A stretch of 64,000 nucleotides of DNA from Octopus sinensis (taxonomy: Eukaryota): NCBI RefSeq assembly GCF_006345805.1, contig NC_043016.1:13392001-13456000 (forward strand), written 5' to 3'. The first letter of the stretch is position 1. The number at the start of each line of letters is the position of its first letter. Positions 13,158 to 24,789 of the stretch are shown one piece after another. A program made the translations under genes and the position numbers. Below the pieces are notes generated by a model. The model saw only the letters and a program-made list of their open reading frames with translations, was not told the DNA's origin and made no database searches.

Positions 13158-13284
13158 GTGGAATACCTTCATCTTTCCAGTCCTATAGGACATCTTCCAT
13201 TGCATTACTTATATATGTCTTGTCTTGACTCAGAGCCTCGCAGCCTTTACTTTGTATATATAACACATAATTTACTGGGGTCAT

Positions 13285-14112
13285 CATCATCGTCATTGTT
13301 GTCATTATCATTTAACATCTGCTTTCATGCTGGCATGGGTTGGACGGTTTGACAGGTCTGGAGACTCAATGGCTGCACCAGGCTCCAATCTGATTTGGCA
13401 AAGTTTCTACAGCTGGATGACATTCCTAACACCAACCACTCTCAGAGTGTAGTGAGTGCTTTTTATGTGCCACCAGCACAGGGCTAGTCAGGTGGTACTG
13501 CCATCAACCATGCTCAAATGGTGTTTTTTAAGTGAGGCCCAATGTTCAAAGGTTGTGCTTCACCACCTCATCCCAGGTCTTCTTGGGTCTACTTCTTCCA
13601 CAGCTTCCCTCAGATATGACACTTTTTCATATAGCTGTCCTCATTCATTCATAACACATGACCATACCAGTGCAGTTGTCTCTCTTGCACACCACATCTG
13701 ATGCTTCTTAGGTCCAACTTTTCTCTCAGGGCACTTACACTCTGTTGTGTATGCACACTGACATTACACATCCAGCGGAGCATACTGGCTTCATGCATTG
13801 CAAGCTTACGCATGTCCTCAGCAGTCACAGCCCATGTTTCACTGCCATGTAGCATGGCTGTTCGTACACATGCATCATACAGTCTACCTTTTACTTTGAG
13901 TGAGAGGCCTTTTCTCACCAGCAGACGTAGGAGCTCTCTGAACTTTACCCAGGCTATACTTATTCTAGCAGCTACACTTTCAGAGCATCCACCCCTGCTA
14001 TTGACTTGGTCCCCTAGGTAATGGAAGCTATCAACTATTTGTTGTTTTTTCCCCCTGGAATGTGATGGAAGCTGTTCTCTGCACACTTTCAGTGTTTATT
14101 GTTCCTGAGCAT
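13285..14112 (-). mobile_element. RTE family C LINE 3' fragment
   Basis: ORF 13649-14086: DSFHYLGDQV...AWVKFRELL...LYDACVRTAMLHGSETWAV...LHWYGHV, followed by 3' UTR and tail. Confidence 0.92.
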
Positions 14113-14184
14113 TATTCCCAGCAGCTTTTCACCATTGATGCCACCAAAAATGAACAATACATGCATACATACATACATACATAC

Positions 14185-14739
14185 ATGGTGGCTGCCCCCT
14201 CGTTATCGAGTATGGCCATTGCACGAAGCGTAATCAATGTTGTCATCGTGCAATGCCTGTGCAAGAAGATTTTTTTAAAAGTGAGGAAAGGCTGTGCACT
14301 GAGTCAATCCCACTCACTAAGCAACAGCAGCCATAATCCGGAAAGGAGAACAAGTCAACATCATCGGTAACCGCTGAGCCACAGGTATTATGTCGGAATT
14401 ATCCCAGTTACCTGAGTTACCTTCTCCTAGAAGGATGCCCTAACAAAGGCTGGGAGTCCTTCACTCCCAATGGTTTAACCGTGCGATCGGGTATTCAGTC
14501 CGATTATTTCTATGTCCCCGCGCATGATACATCCTTAAGACATTTATTGGATGGCCGTTGACTCTCAAGAGTTCCTCCGCCCTTTGACGGGTTTTGTTTT
14601 TCATCCCGCAGGGTGTCCAATAAACACCCTCCTCACCAAGCAAGCTTGGTGGGGTTGCCGGTTTAGTCGACGACGACCTGACCATGCAACAGGTTGTACT
14701 GGATTACATGTTACCAGTAGCAGTCGAAAGTGACCTGAC
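14185..14739 (-). mobile_element. Non-autonomous bipartite RTE (5' UTR joined to 3' tail)
   Basis: RTE-type 5' UTR motifs (GGAGGAACTCTTGAGAGTC, GGGCATCCTTCTAGGAGAAGGTAACTC) joined to the ~45-nt tail of the autonomous-type copy at 26593; no RT coding sequence. Confidence 0.75.
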
Positions 14740-15359
14740 ACATACATACATACATACATACATACATACATACATACATACATACATGCATGCATACATA
14801 CATACATATGTTAATGTTTGTCTTTATGTTCAGTTATAATAAAAACAGTTTTACATTAATTGTTATGGGTTTCTCTACACTTTTGATGAGTACAAATTTA
14901 TTTATTATTCTTAAACAAGAATGTTGCTGACAGCGACTTCAAAATTTCGGCCATTTAAGCCATTGTCAGACTGCAATGCGTTGAAGTTAATCCTGGCTTC
15001 ATATAGTCCCTATTGAGTTAAAATATTCCTTGGGTATGTGGGTTTGAGTGGTATGTTTTCACTGACCAGATAAATCACATCACCTACAGACATTCTTTTG
15101 AAAACTCCTAAAAAAAAAAATCACATTGCAAAAAGAGTTGTTACACCCAATTACTAAGTTTTTAAACAATGGATTTTGTGCCTTTTACTTTTACATTATC
15201 AAAGTAAAGGATAAAATCCAATAAAACCAAAAATAGCTGAAACTACTGACATATGCCTATAACTACTTGCCAAAAGGGGCACACCTGAATATGTACACCA
15301 GATTCCAAAGTTCTATATACATAAATAACTTCTAAACAATAACATAACCCTATATTTAA

Positions 15360-15578
15360 CCCTTTCGCTACTGTATTTATTTTGAGATGCTGTGTTTCTT
15401 TCAATTAATTTTAAATATAACAAAGTATTTAGTAAAATAACTTAGTTATCATTCAGCTAGTGTTAGGAACATAAATTGTGACTAAGGTTTGCTGGAAGAT
15501 TTTAATTCAAAACTTATGAAAACAAGACACTTGTATTCAGAGCCAGAGGTGGTTTCAGCCAGGTTGGAAACGAAAGGG
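15360..15578. mobile_element. piggyBac-type MITE, copy 1
   Basis: TTAA|CCCTTTCG ... CGAAAGGG|TTAA. Confidence 0.85.
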
Positions 15579-15605
15579 TTAAGAATTCTCTATTATATAT
15601 TTTAA

Positions 15606-15827
15606 CTCTTTTGTTACCATATTTCTGTTGAGATGCTCTGTGTTTCTTTCAATTAATTTTAAATATAACAAAAAATTTAGTAAAATAATTTAGTTATTAT
15701 TAAGCTAGTGTTAGGAACATTTATTGTGACTAAGGTTTGGTGGAAGATTTTAATTCAGAACTTACGAAAACAAGACATTTGTATTATAGAGGTAGAGGCA
15801 GTTTCAGCCGGGTTGGTAATGAAAGGG
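15606..15827. mobile_element. piggyBac-type MITE, copy 2
   Basis: TTAA|CTCTTTTG ... TGAAAGGG|TTAA; same family as copy 1. Confidence 0.83.
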
Positions 15828-16299
15828 TTAATCAATAAAAATTTCTCCAAAACACCTCTTCTTAACAGCTCACCAGGAAAACCTAATTACTACTTTAGTC
15901 AAACCTACACATCCGAAGAACTCACAAGAGATTATATAAAAGTAAGACTAACTTCAATGTGTCACAGTCTGATGTTGGATTAACTGGCTGAAACTTCAAA
16001 GTCACTGTCAATGATATTCTTGCTTAAGAACAAATATGACTTTATACATACATGGCACTGGCATATGGTGGTTGTTGTCCTGGGTGTGTCGCCACACCCC
16101 CAATGCCACCAAATTTCAAGCAGAGATATAACAAAAGTTTTCCATTAAGATTTGTGTTTAAATTAATGAGTAAGGTGTTCATATTTATAATGAATTTGCC
16201 ATTTTCAATGGGTGTGCAGTGCACTCCTAGCACACCTGGAATATGCCCTTGATACATATAAATATTTGTGTCATCCATCCATACATACAGGCTTGTCTT

Positions 16300-16512
16300 T
16301 TACAGGTGCCAGTGCTACATAAAATATAAACGCACCCTTGCAGGAGACACATAAAAAGCACCCAGCACACTCTGTAAAGTGGTTGGCATCAGGAAGGGCA
16401 GCATCCAGCTGTAAAAACCATGCCACAACAGACAATTGGAGTGTGGACAGCTCCCTGCTAAATCATCCAACCCATGCCAGCAAGGACAACGGGCATTAAG
16501 TGATGATGAGGA
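16300..16512 (+). mobile_element. RTE family C tail fragment
   Basis: AAAAGCACCCAGCACACTC...AGGAAGGGCAGCATCC...CCAACCCATGCCAGC...GATGATGA. Confidence 0.75.
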
Positions 16513-17221
16513 TATATGTATGTATATACATATGAATATATTTATATAATGTGTTTGTGTGCATTTGTGCATATGTATGTGTGTGTGTGTATTAGAGAGA
16601 GAGAGAGAGGAGAGAGAGTTATAGGCAGCTTATTTCTCATAGGGGATATTGTTAGGTTTGGGTTGTAATTAAATTTTTCAAGTTCAAAAGAATGTAATTG
16701 CATCAGACCGTTTCCAATTGTTTGGTCGTTGTGTTTTGCTGTGTAGTTGTTTCAAGACAGAAAAGTGAGACAATGTGCTGAGATGGACACTACATAGTTC
16801 TTTAATCTCAGAATAAACGAATTCTACATTAAAGACAAATTTCACTTTAAAGACAAGTAACAATAATTAAATACTTTATTTGATCTGATAATAGTGCTTG
16901 CCGTGGGTTGAGAGAGTAACTCATAACAACAACAGAAATCACCAAAAATGATTTATATGTCTTAATCTGTGGTAACCAAAGATTAAAAGAAATTTTTTTT
17001 CTTTTGGTTCAAATTTTAGAAATGTTCTTTTTTTCTGTGTATATTTTTGGCAAACAATTTTATTTGAAACTATACGTTGACAAAATATATTGTATCATGT
17101 TCTGTGACAGATACAGCTAGAATGAATATTTCTATATCTCTTATATTATAGACATGAGATCTTGTTACACAGCCTCACACACATATACATACAACCATAC
17201 ACACACACATATAATTACAAC

Positions 17222-17289
<68 letters not shown>

Positions 17290-17569
17290 ACACACACAAA
17301 TACACAAAATGCACATGACTCCACGAAATGCACACACTAGATTACTTATACTCATATATACACATGCTCCCATACGCACACAAAGGCCCACATAATTTTA
17401 AGCTCACACACATACTTGCCCTCATTCACACATGCTCACACACATCATCCTCACATACTCACACACAAACACACACATGCACACCCTAGTTCAGCCATGC
17501 CACTGTTACTATCTCCCTTTCACTCAGCCTCTTTCTTCCGGTCATTTCATCATGTTGAACCATTAATCT

Positions 17570-17715
17570 CTACACATTTTTTTCTCTCTCCGTTTTCTTT
17601 TCTTTTTTTGCTCTCTCTCCATTTTGCTTTGCTTTCACTCTTTCCTGACAAAGAGCATAGGCTCGAAGTGTCAAAGACTTTTCCATTCTTCCCAAGCATC
17701 AAACTAATACACTTA
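17570..17715 (+). mobile_element. Penelope-type LTR relic, family H1 (degenerate)
   Basis: CTGACAAAGAGCATAGGCTCGAAGTGTCAAAGAC plus flanks homologous to the 7590 copy. Confidence 0.6.
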
Positions 17716-17717
17716 CT

Positions 17718-17751
<34 letters not shown>

Positions 17752-18089
17752 CAGCAGCAGCAGCAGCAGCAGCAATAATCCCCATAAGAGAAGGAAATAA
17801 GTAGAGGCAACACTTTAAAGCTTCTCGGAGAGCTGTCGTAAAAGCACAATAAAATGGACTGAGTGATGATGTTACGTAGTGATGAGAAAATGAGTTTCCA
17901 ACCAGGAAAATCATGCAAAGGGAAAAAGAAAATGGGATGAAGACAATGCTTGTCGGATAGGAGATTTGTTAGAGACATCATCTTTAATGCTGGTGACACG
18001 ATGGAATGCTCTCAGTCCATTCTGTGAAGTGGTTGGTGCTACAGAGGGCAACCAACCGTAAAGAAAATATGTGAAAAATATAACCTGCA

Positions 18090-18562
18090 TAAGTGTATGC
18101 ATGTGTGCGTGAGTGTGTGTGTGTGTGTGTGTGCATGTGTGTGCATACATGTGTGTGCATGCATGTGTGAGCGTGCGTGTATGTGTGTGTGTTCATGTGT
18201 GTGCATGCATGTGTGTGCATGCATGTGTGTGCATGCATGTGTGTGTGCATGTGTGTGTACATGTGTGTGCGTGCATGTATGTGCATGTGTGTGCGTGTGT
18301 GTGTGTGTGTGCATGCATGTGTGTGCGTGCATTTGTGTGTGTGTGCGTGCATGTGTGTGCGTGCATGTGTGTGCGTGCATGTGTGTGTGTGCATGTGTGT
18401 GCGTGCATGTGTGTGTGTGCATGTGTGTGCGTGCATGTGTGTGTGCATGTGTGTGCGTGCATGTGTGTGCGTGCATGTGTGTGTGTGCATGTGTGTGCGT
18501 GCATGTGTGTGTGTGCATGTGTGTGCGTGTGTGTGCATATGTGTGCGTGTGTGTGCATACAT
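18090..18562. repeat. Compound (TG)n/GCAT minisatellite
   Basis: Repeating GCATGTGTGTGCGT-type units, almost entirely alternating purine-pyrimidine. Confidence 0.95.
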
Positions 18563-19104
18563 ATGTCATCATCATCATCATCATTATTATCACCACCACT
18601 TCTACTACTGTCACCACCTCCATGATGATGACGATGACTACCACCACCATCATCATCATCATCATATTCATGTCCAGTTTCCCATGTTTGCATGTGTTGG
18701 ATGATTTCTCTTCAACAATGAACCTTGTTGCTTGTCACATTACATTTTTGTAGAGTTCAGCATCTTGATAGCAGCTTTTTACCAATTCTGCCCATGTCTC
18801 CCACAATGCCCCTTTTCCATTGTTCCACTGGGGTCTTCTGTCACCTCTTTACCAATCTGTCATCATCCATACCATTGCACACCACATTTGATTTCTCTCA
18901 TACCTATTTTTTGTCTCATCTAGTTGTCCTTCATTGTTTATACAAATTAACCTTACACATACAGTGATACGTGTTCACACCATTTCTTTCCAGCTTTTGC
19001 ACATCCTCTGTATTCAATACCCATGTAATACTTCATACATAAATATTATACAAACTATCTTCAGCTGGAGCAGAGAACATTTCTGCTGCTAGAAGATGGA
19101 ATGG

Positions 19105-19513
19105 TTCTCTCTCTTTACTCTTTTACTTGTTTCAGTCATTTGACTGCGGCCATGCTGGAGCACCACCTTTAGTCGAGCAAATCGACCCCGGGACTTATTC
19201 TTTGTAAGCCCAGTACTTATTCTCTTTTTGCTGAACTGCTAAGTGACGGGGACGTAAACACACCAGCATCGGTTGTCAAGCGATGGTGCGGGGGCAAACA
19301 CAGATACACAAACATATGCACACACACACACACATACATACATATATATACACATATATACGACAGGCTTCTTTCAGTTTCCGTCTACCAAATCCACTCA
19401 CAAGCCTCTGGTCGGCTCGAGGCTATAGCAGAAGACACTTGCCCAAGATGCCACGCAGTGGGACTAAACCCAGAACCATGTGGTTGGTAAGCAAGCTACT
19501 TACCACACAGCCA
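19105..19513 (-). mobile_element. SINE family A
   Basis: Near-complete family A match. Confidence 0.9.
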
Positions 19514-20394
19514 CTATTATTTTTTAAAATCTAATTGTTGTTCTTCTGACTATTATGTTTTCAGAGCTCCTCCAATCACAGCTGATTAAATCACCAAAGA
19601 TAACAGAAGCTATCAATTACTTTCTGCAGAGCCCTCCAAGCATTAGAAAGAATGTTTCAATAAAACTCTGGCTGCTAACTGCTTTTGAATTACTATCATA
19701 CACAAAGTGATTTTTTTCCTCTAGAAAACTGCTTGTTATCTCATTGCATCTCTTGTACACTTTGAGAACTAGATCATAATCATATAGGAATCCCTGCAAT
19801 GTGCTAGTCCTAAACTTATCTGTTATAGTTTCAAGAATTATCAGAAACAGGAACAGATTAAGAAATATGCCTTCATGTGCACCTATTGGCATGATAAATT
19901 CGTTACTGCAGACTTCGGCTTTCTACATGCCTTCCACTGCATACACCTTGTTTTCTTAATGACCACCAGGCTACATATTGTAGTCAAAGACCTTTTCCAG
20001 ATTAATAAATGTTATATAGAGTGGCTTAATCTCTTTTAAGATCTTCTCACAAGTCACGAGGTTTCACTGGTACCTCAGTCTTTTACAAATCCAAATTGCA
20101 TCTCATTTCAATTAACTTCATTCCTAATCAGTTGTGTTACAATTCTTTCTGTCGCTTTCTTAATTTGCTCCGATGCTACAACACATCTGTTGTTGCTTCT
20201 CCTTTGTCACAGTAGCAGTTGATAGTTACACTACTAAGGTGGTCACTGGATATGACATCTTCCACCATTACCTGACTATGTGAGTGATTAGGTTGAGAAC
20301 CACTTCACCAGATATTTTCAGCATCTCACTGAGTTTACCAGAGGGTCTAGCTGCTTTCCCTAACATCTTACACTTAATTGTCATTTTAACTATA

Positions 20395-23268
20395 TCATCA
20401 TCATCATCATCATCGTTTAGCGTCCGTTTTCCATGCTAGCATGGGTTGGACGGTTCTACTGAGGTCTGTGAAGCCAGAGGGCTTCATCAGGCCCAGTCAA
20501 ATCTGGCAGTGTTTCTACGGCTGGATGCCCTTCCTAACGCCAACCACTCCGTGAGTGTAGTGGGTGCTTTTTACGTGCCACCCGCACTGGTGCCAGACAG
20601 AGCTGGCAAACGGCCACGAACGGATGGTGCTTTTTATGTGCCACCGGCACGAGGGCCAGGCGAGGCTGGCAACGGACACGAAACGGGGCGGTGCTGGCAA
20701 CGGTCGCGAAACGGAAAGTTCTCTTACATGCCACCGGCACTGGTAACACATCTGCAATTTCCATTGATCGATTTCCATTGATTGATTTCGATTCTGATCG
20801 TCACTTGCCTCAACGGGTCTTCACAAGCAGAGTTTTGACATGCCACCAGCACTGGTAGCACATCCGCAATTTCCATTGATCAATTTCGATTCTGATCCTC
20901 ACTTGCCTCATCACGTCTTCACAAGTAGAGTTTTGTGTCCCAAGAAGGGAAGGTATGCATACGTAGGCTGGCTCCATCCCATGTAGAAGGCCACGGGTTA
21001 TGGACTCACTTGTCCTGCCGGGTCTTCTCGCGCACAGCACACTTCCAGAGGTCTCGGTCTCTAGTCATTTCCTCAGTGGACCTAAAGTTCGAAGGTCGTG
21101 CTTCACCACCTCGTCCCAGGTTTTCCTGGGTCTGCCTCTTCCACAGGTTCCCTCAACCGCTAGGGTGTGGCACTTTTTCACACAAAACTATCTTCATCCA
21201 TTCTCGCCACATGACCATACCAGCGCAAACGTCTCTCTTGCACACCACAACTGATGCTTCTTAGGTCCAGCTTTTCTCTCAAGGTACTTACACTCTGCGA
21301 GTGTGAGTACCGGCATTACACATCCATCGGAGCATACTGGCTTCATTTCTAGCGAGCTTACGCATATCCTCAGCAGTCACGGCCCATGTTTCACTGCCAT
21401 GTAGCATGGCTGTTCGTACACACGCATCATACAGTCTGCCTTTCACTCTGTGCGAGAGGCCTTTTGTCACCAGCAGAGGTAAGAGCTCTCTGAACTTTGC
21501 CCAAGCTATTCTTACTCTAGCAGTTACACTTTCAGCACACCCCGCCCCCGCTGCTGACCTGGTCACCTAGGTAACGGAAACTATCAACTATTTCTAGTTT
21601 TTCTCCCTGGAAAGTGACGGAAGTTGGTCTCAGAGCATTTTCAGTGTTTATTGTTCCTGAGCATCTGCCACATACAAAAACCATTTCCTAGTTAGCCTTC
21701 CTTTGACATTGCTGCATCTCTTATGTGTCCATAGCTTACACTTGGTGCATCTTATAGAGTTTCTACCTACCCTTTTCTACAGATCGAGCAGGGCCATCTA
21801 CTGAAGGTGTTTGTGATTTGTCTACCTTCCTACTGATTACAACTTTGGTTTTAGCTAGATTGACTCTGAGGCCCTTCGATTCTAATCCTTGTTTCACACC
21901 TGAAACTTCTCCTCCAGTTCTGATAGCGACTCAGCAATTAGAGCAAGGTCATCAGCATAGAGGAGCTCCCAAGGGCATCCTGTCTTGAATTCCTCCGTTA
22001 TTGCCTGGAGGACTATGATAAATAGGAGGGGCTGAGTACTGAGCCTTGGTGGACTCCTACCTCTACCCGGAATTCTTCACTGTACACATTTCCAACCTCA
22101 CCCTACTAGCGGCATCCCTGTACATGGCCCGCACAGCTCTCACTAACCATTCATCTATCCCTAGTTTCCTCATTGCCCACCAGATAAGGGATCGGGGACC
22201 CTGTCGAAGGCTTTCTCCATGTCAACAAAAGCCAGGTACAGGGGCTTATCTTTGGCTAGGTATTTCTCCTGCAGCTGCCTTACCAGGAATATAGCATCAG
22301 TAGTACTTTTCCCTGGAACAAACCCAAACTGCATCTCATCTAAACTAACTCTCTCTCTAATTAGTTGGGCTATGACCCTCTCCGTAACCTTCATCACCTG
22401 GTCCAACAGCTTGATACCTCTGTAGTTATTTGTATCTAGGGCATCACCTTTACCTTTGTAGCAGTTGACTATTATACTGCTACACCAGTCATTGGGTATG
22501 ACCCCTTTGTGTATCACCTGATTAACTATAGGGTGACTAGGCTATAGCCGACACTACCAGACATTTTGAGCATCTCTGCAGTGATTCCTGATGGGCCTGG
22601 GGCTTTCCCTGTCTTCATGCTTCTAATTGCCTTAGCTACCACGGAACTATCAACTCGGATAGCTGGTCCCTCTGTTGGGTCAACATTCGGCAGACTCTCT
22701 TTATCCCATTCATTTTCTTCATTCAGCAACCTTTCATAGTGGCATCTCCAAACCTCTCTCTTTGCATCCTCATTTAGCGCAAGTGAACCATATTCCATGC
22801 GAACACACTTCTCTCCTACCACATCACGATTCTCTCTCACACACTGTCTTGCAACACGAAACACCTCCAGTCTTTGGTCCTCACGGCGCAGAACATTGGC
22901 AAATTTTTTCTTATCTGCTTCCCCTCTGGCTAATAAACCTGTCTCCTAGCTTCTCTTTTGGCAGTCTGATACAATCCCCTGCTACCCCCATTTTTCCAGA
23001 CCTTCCAAGCCTGTCTCTTTCTCTAATAGCCCTGTCTACATATTGTTCCACAACACGTTATTCTAGGTCGAGAGGGGACTTTGCACCAGCCACAGATCTG
23101 GTCAGTGGCTCTCAGGCAGGTTGTCCCTTAGAAACGTCCAGCTGTCTTCTACCCCCTGTGATGCTCTATCCCCTTCTACTTCGTCAGAGGCTTCAAGTAA
23201 TATGTCCCTAAATCTCTGTCCATTTGCAGGATCTTTAAGCTTCCAGATCCTTCTTCTCCATATTTGTC
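20395..23268 (-). mobile_element. RTE-clade LINE (family C), 5'-truncated, frameshifted RT
   Basis: End of APE (RRIWKLKDP), linker, RT motifs EMQFGFVPGKSTTDAIF, AFVDMEKAFDRVP, YADD (21948-21959), thumb, ~600-bp 3' UTR and (GAT)n tail. Confidence 0.96.
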
Positions 23269-23269
23269 G

Positions 23270-23762
23270 TCTTATGTTTCTTTATTAGCCACAAAGGACT
23301 GCACACAGACAGGACAAAATTACAAGGTAGAGCTTTTCTTTTGGGGGTAAAAGAAGGGGGTTTGGTTTTCGATCAAAAGGGATCGTAAATGGAAAGAAAG
23401 AGGACAAAAAAGGGGGGGATAAAATAAGATTTTTTTTAAAAAGGGGGGGGGAGGAAAAAAATTTGATCAATAGGGATCGTTATCACAGAAATGTCAATAT
23501 GAAGTGTAAAGGGGAGGACAGGTGAGGTTTACCCGTGGAAAGAAAAGCCTACGGAAAAGACCACGGTAACCTCGGTCAATGAAGTCACATGTCATATTTC
23601 TTTTTTTTTTTTTTTTTTGCAAATAAGCAACTCTCTGTATTAATTTTTACGGTTCATAGAATCATAGTCAAGGTGGCTTCGTCATTCATACGAGCCATCC
23701 TTGCTACATTCACCCATCTTTTTTTAAAACATTCACTAGACAAAACTTGCCTCTTCCATTAC
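23270..23762 (-). mobile_element. Probable L1/Tx1-type LINE 3' end
   Basis: RQVLSSECFKKRWVNVARMARMNDEATLTMIL* followed by a pyrimidine-rich 3' UTR and AATAAA; the clade call rests on a short C-terminal peptide. Confidence 0.55.
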
Positions 23763-24266
23763 TGGTTCACTTGTTGGGTCTTCTTTGAGTAGTCTCCCTT
23801 ACTCCCACTCATTCTCTGCATTCAATAACTTCTAATAGCATTTCCAAGCCCCATCACAATGTCAGAAAGGTAGAATGTAACACTATCATTCCAAAACACA
23901 TTTTCTCCCAACAATATCTTTATTTACATCAACATACTGTTTTGCAATCTAGAATGCCTCTCTCTGATCTTCTCAATGAGAATTTTGGCAAACCTCCTAC
24001 TTTCAGCCTCCATGTTGTGTAAACTTGATATCTAGATTTTTCTTTTTCTACTCAACATTGTTTTTTGCAACTGCCTTTCTTCCAGTCTTTCAAGACCAGC
24101 TTTTTAGCTTTTTGTGTCTTTATCTACTGTACTGTTCCATTACAATCATTTAGCTGGCACCTTGCTCCAGAACCTCTTCAGAACGCCATCCCAAAGACCC
24201 GCCTATTTTTTCTTTGTCTTAAAGGTCTTCATCTCCCCTTTTTTCTTATCAAATGCTTTATCTAGA

Positions 24267-24463
24267 GAAGTGCTTCCCAAACTTTTTAATATTTAGGCCA
24301 GATCCAAAATCTGGATTTTTTTCAGGGTCCTGCACCAAAAACTCTAAACCAAGTCAATTAAAGAAAAATTTATAATATTTATAGAAGGAAGACCATCTGG
24401 GGCCACCAGAATGATGCTTGAGGGCCGCATGTAGTCCCAAGAGCCACAGTTGGAAATCACTGA
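24267..24463. mobile_element. hAT-type MITE
   Basis: Ends AGTGCTTCCCAAACT / AGTTGGAAATCACTG; CTAGA-containing flanks. Confidence 0.6.
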
Positions 24464-24604
24464 CTAGAACAATGAGTAGCAGAGAAATGTTTCAGTTCCC
24501 ATATTTTCCTTCTCCAAATTATCCGTTTTTATCTCTCATCTGTTTAGCTCAATAGTTCTTGACCATTTTTTGCCTGTGATCCCTGTTGATTCTTATTTTA
24601 ATCT

Positions 24605-24785
24605 GTGGAGGTAGGTGACTTAGTGGTTAGGGTGTTGGATTCATGATCATCAAATTGTGGTTTCGATTCCTTGAGCAGGTGATGTGTTGTGTTCTTGAGC
24701 AAAACACTTCATTTCATGTTGCTCCAGTCCACTCAGCAAGCAAAATGGAGTAATTCTACAATGGATCAATATCTCGTCCAGGTAA
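24605..24785 (+). mobile_element. SINE family D fragment
   Basis: tRNA-like head plus GTGTTCTTGAGCAAAACACTT...TTGCTCCAGTCCACTCAGC. Confidence 0.7.
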
Positions 24786-24789
24786 GGAA

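Larger units (their letters stand above)
14893..16047. mobile_element. Probable old DNA transposon defined by ~155-bp diverged inverted repeats
   Basis: 14893-15050 aligns with the reverse complement of 15895-16047 (about 70-75% by eye). Confidence 0.5.
18640..24260 (-). mobile_element. Old RTE LINE split by three later insertions
   Basis: Collinear decayed segments: linker (23765-24260, EKLLNAENEWE), RT (19515-20390, EMQFGFV; LYDYDLVL; DSFCYL), thumb and tail (18640-19105). Confidence 0.7.

Noticed and set aside
14620-14739. HDV-like ribozyme at the 5' end of the bipartite RTE
   Set aside because: Such ribozymes are known in RTE 5' ends, but I could not map P1, P3 and P1.1 consistently; only simple hairpins are evident.
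14910-15010. Terminal exon GLYEARINFN... on minus
   Set aside because: A homologous inverted copy nearby has an in-frame stop; a repeat origin is more likely.
20565-20740. Repeat-spacer-like pattern resembling a CRISPR array
   Set aside because: Eukaryotic context, no cas genes, related spacers, and part of an RTE 3' UTR.
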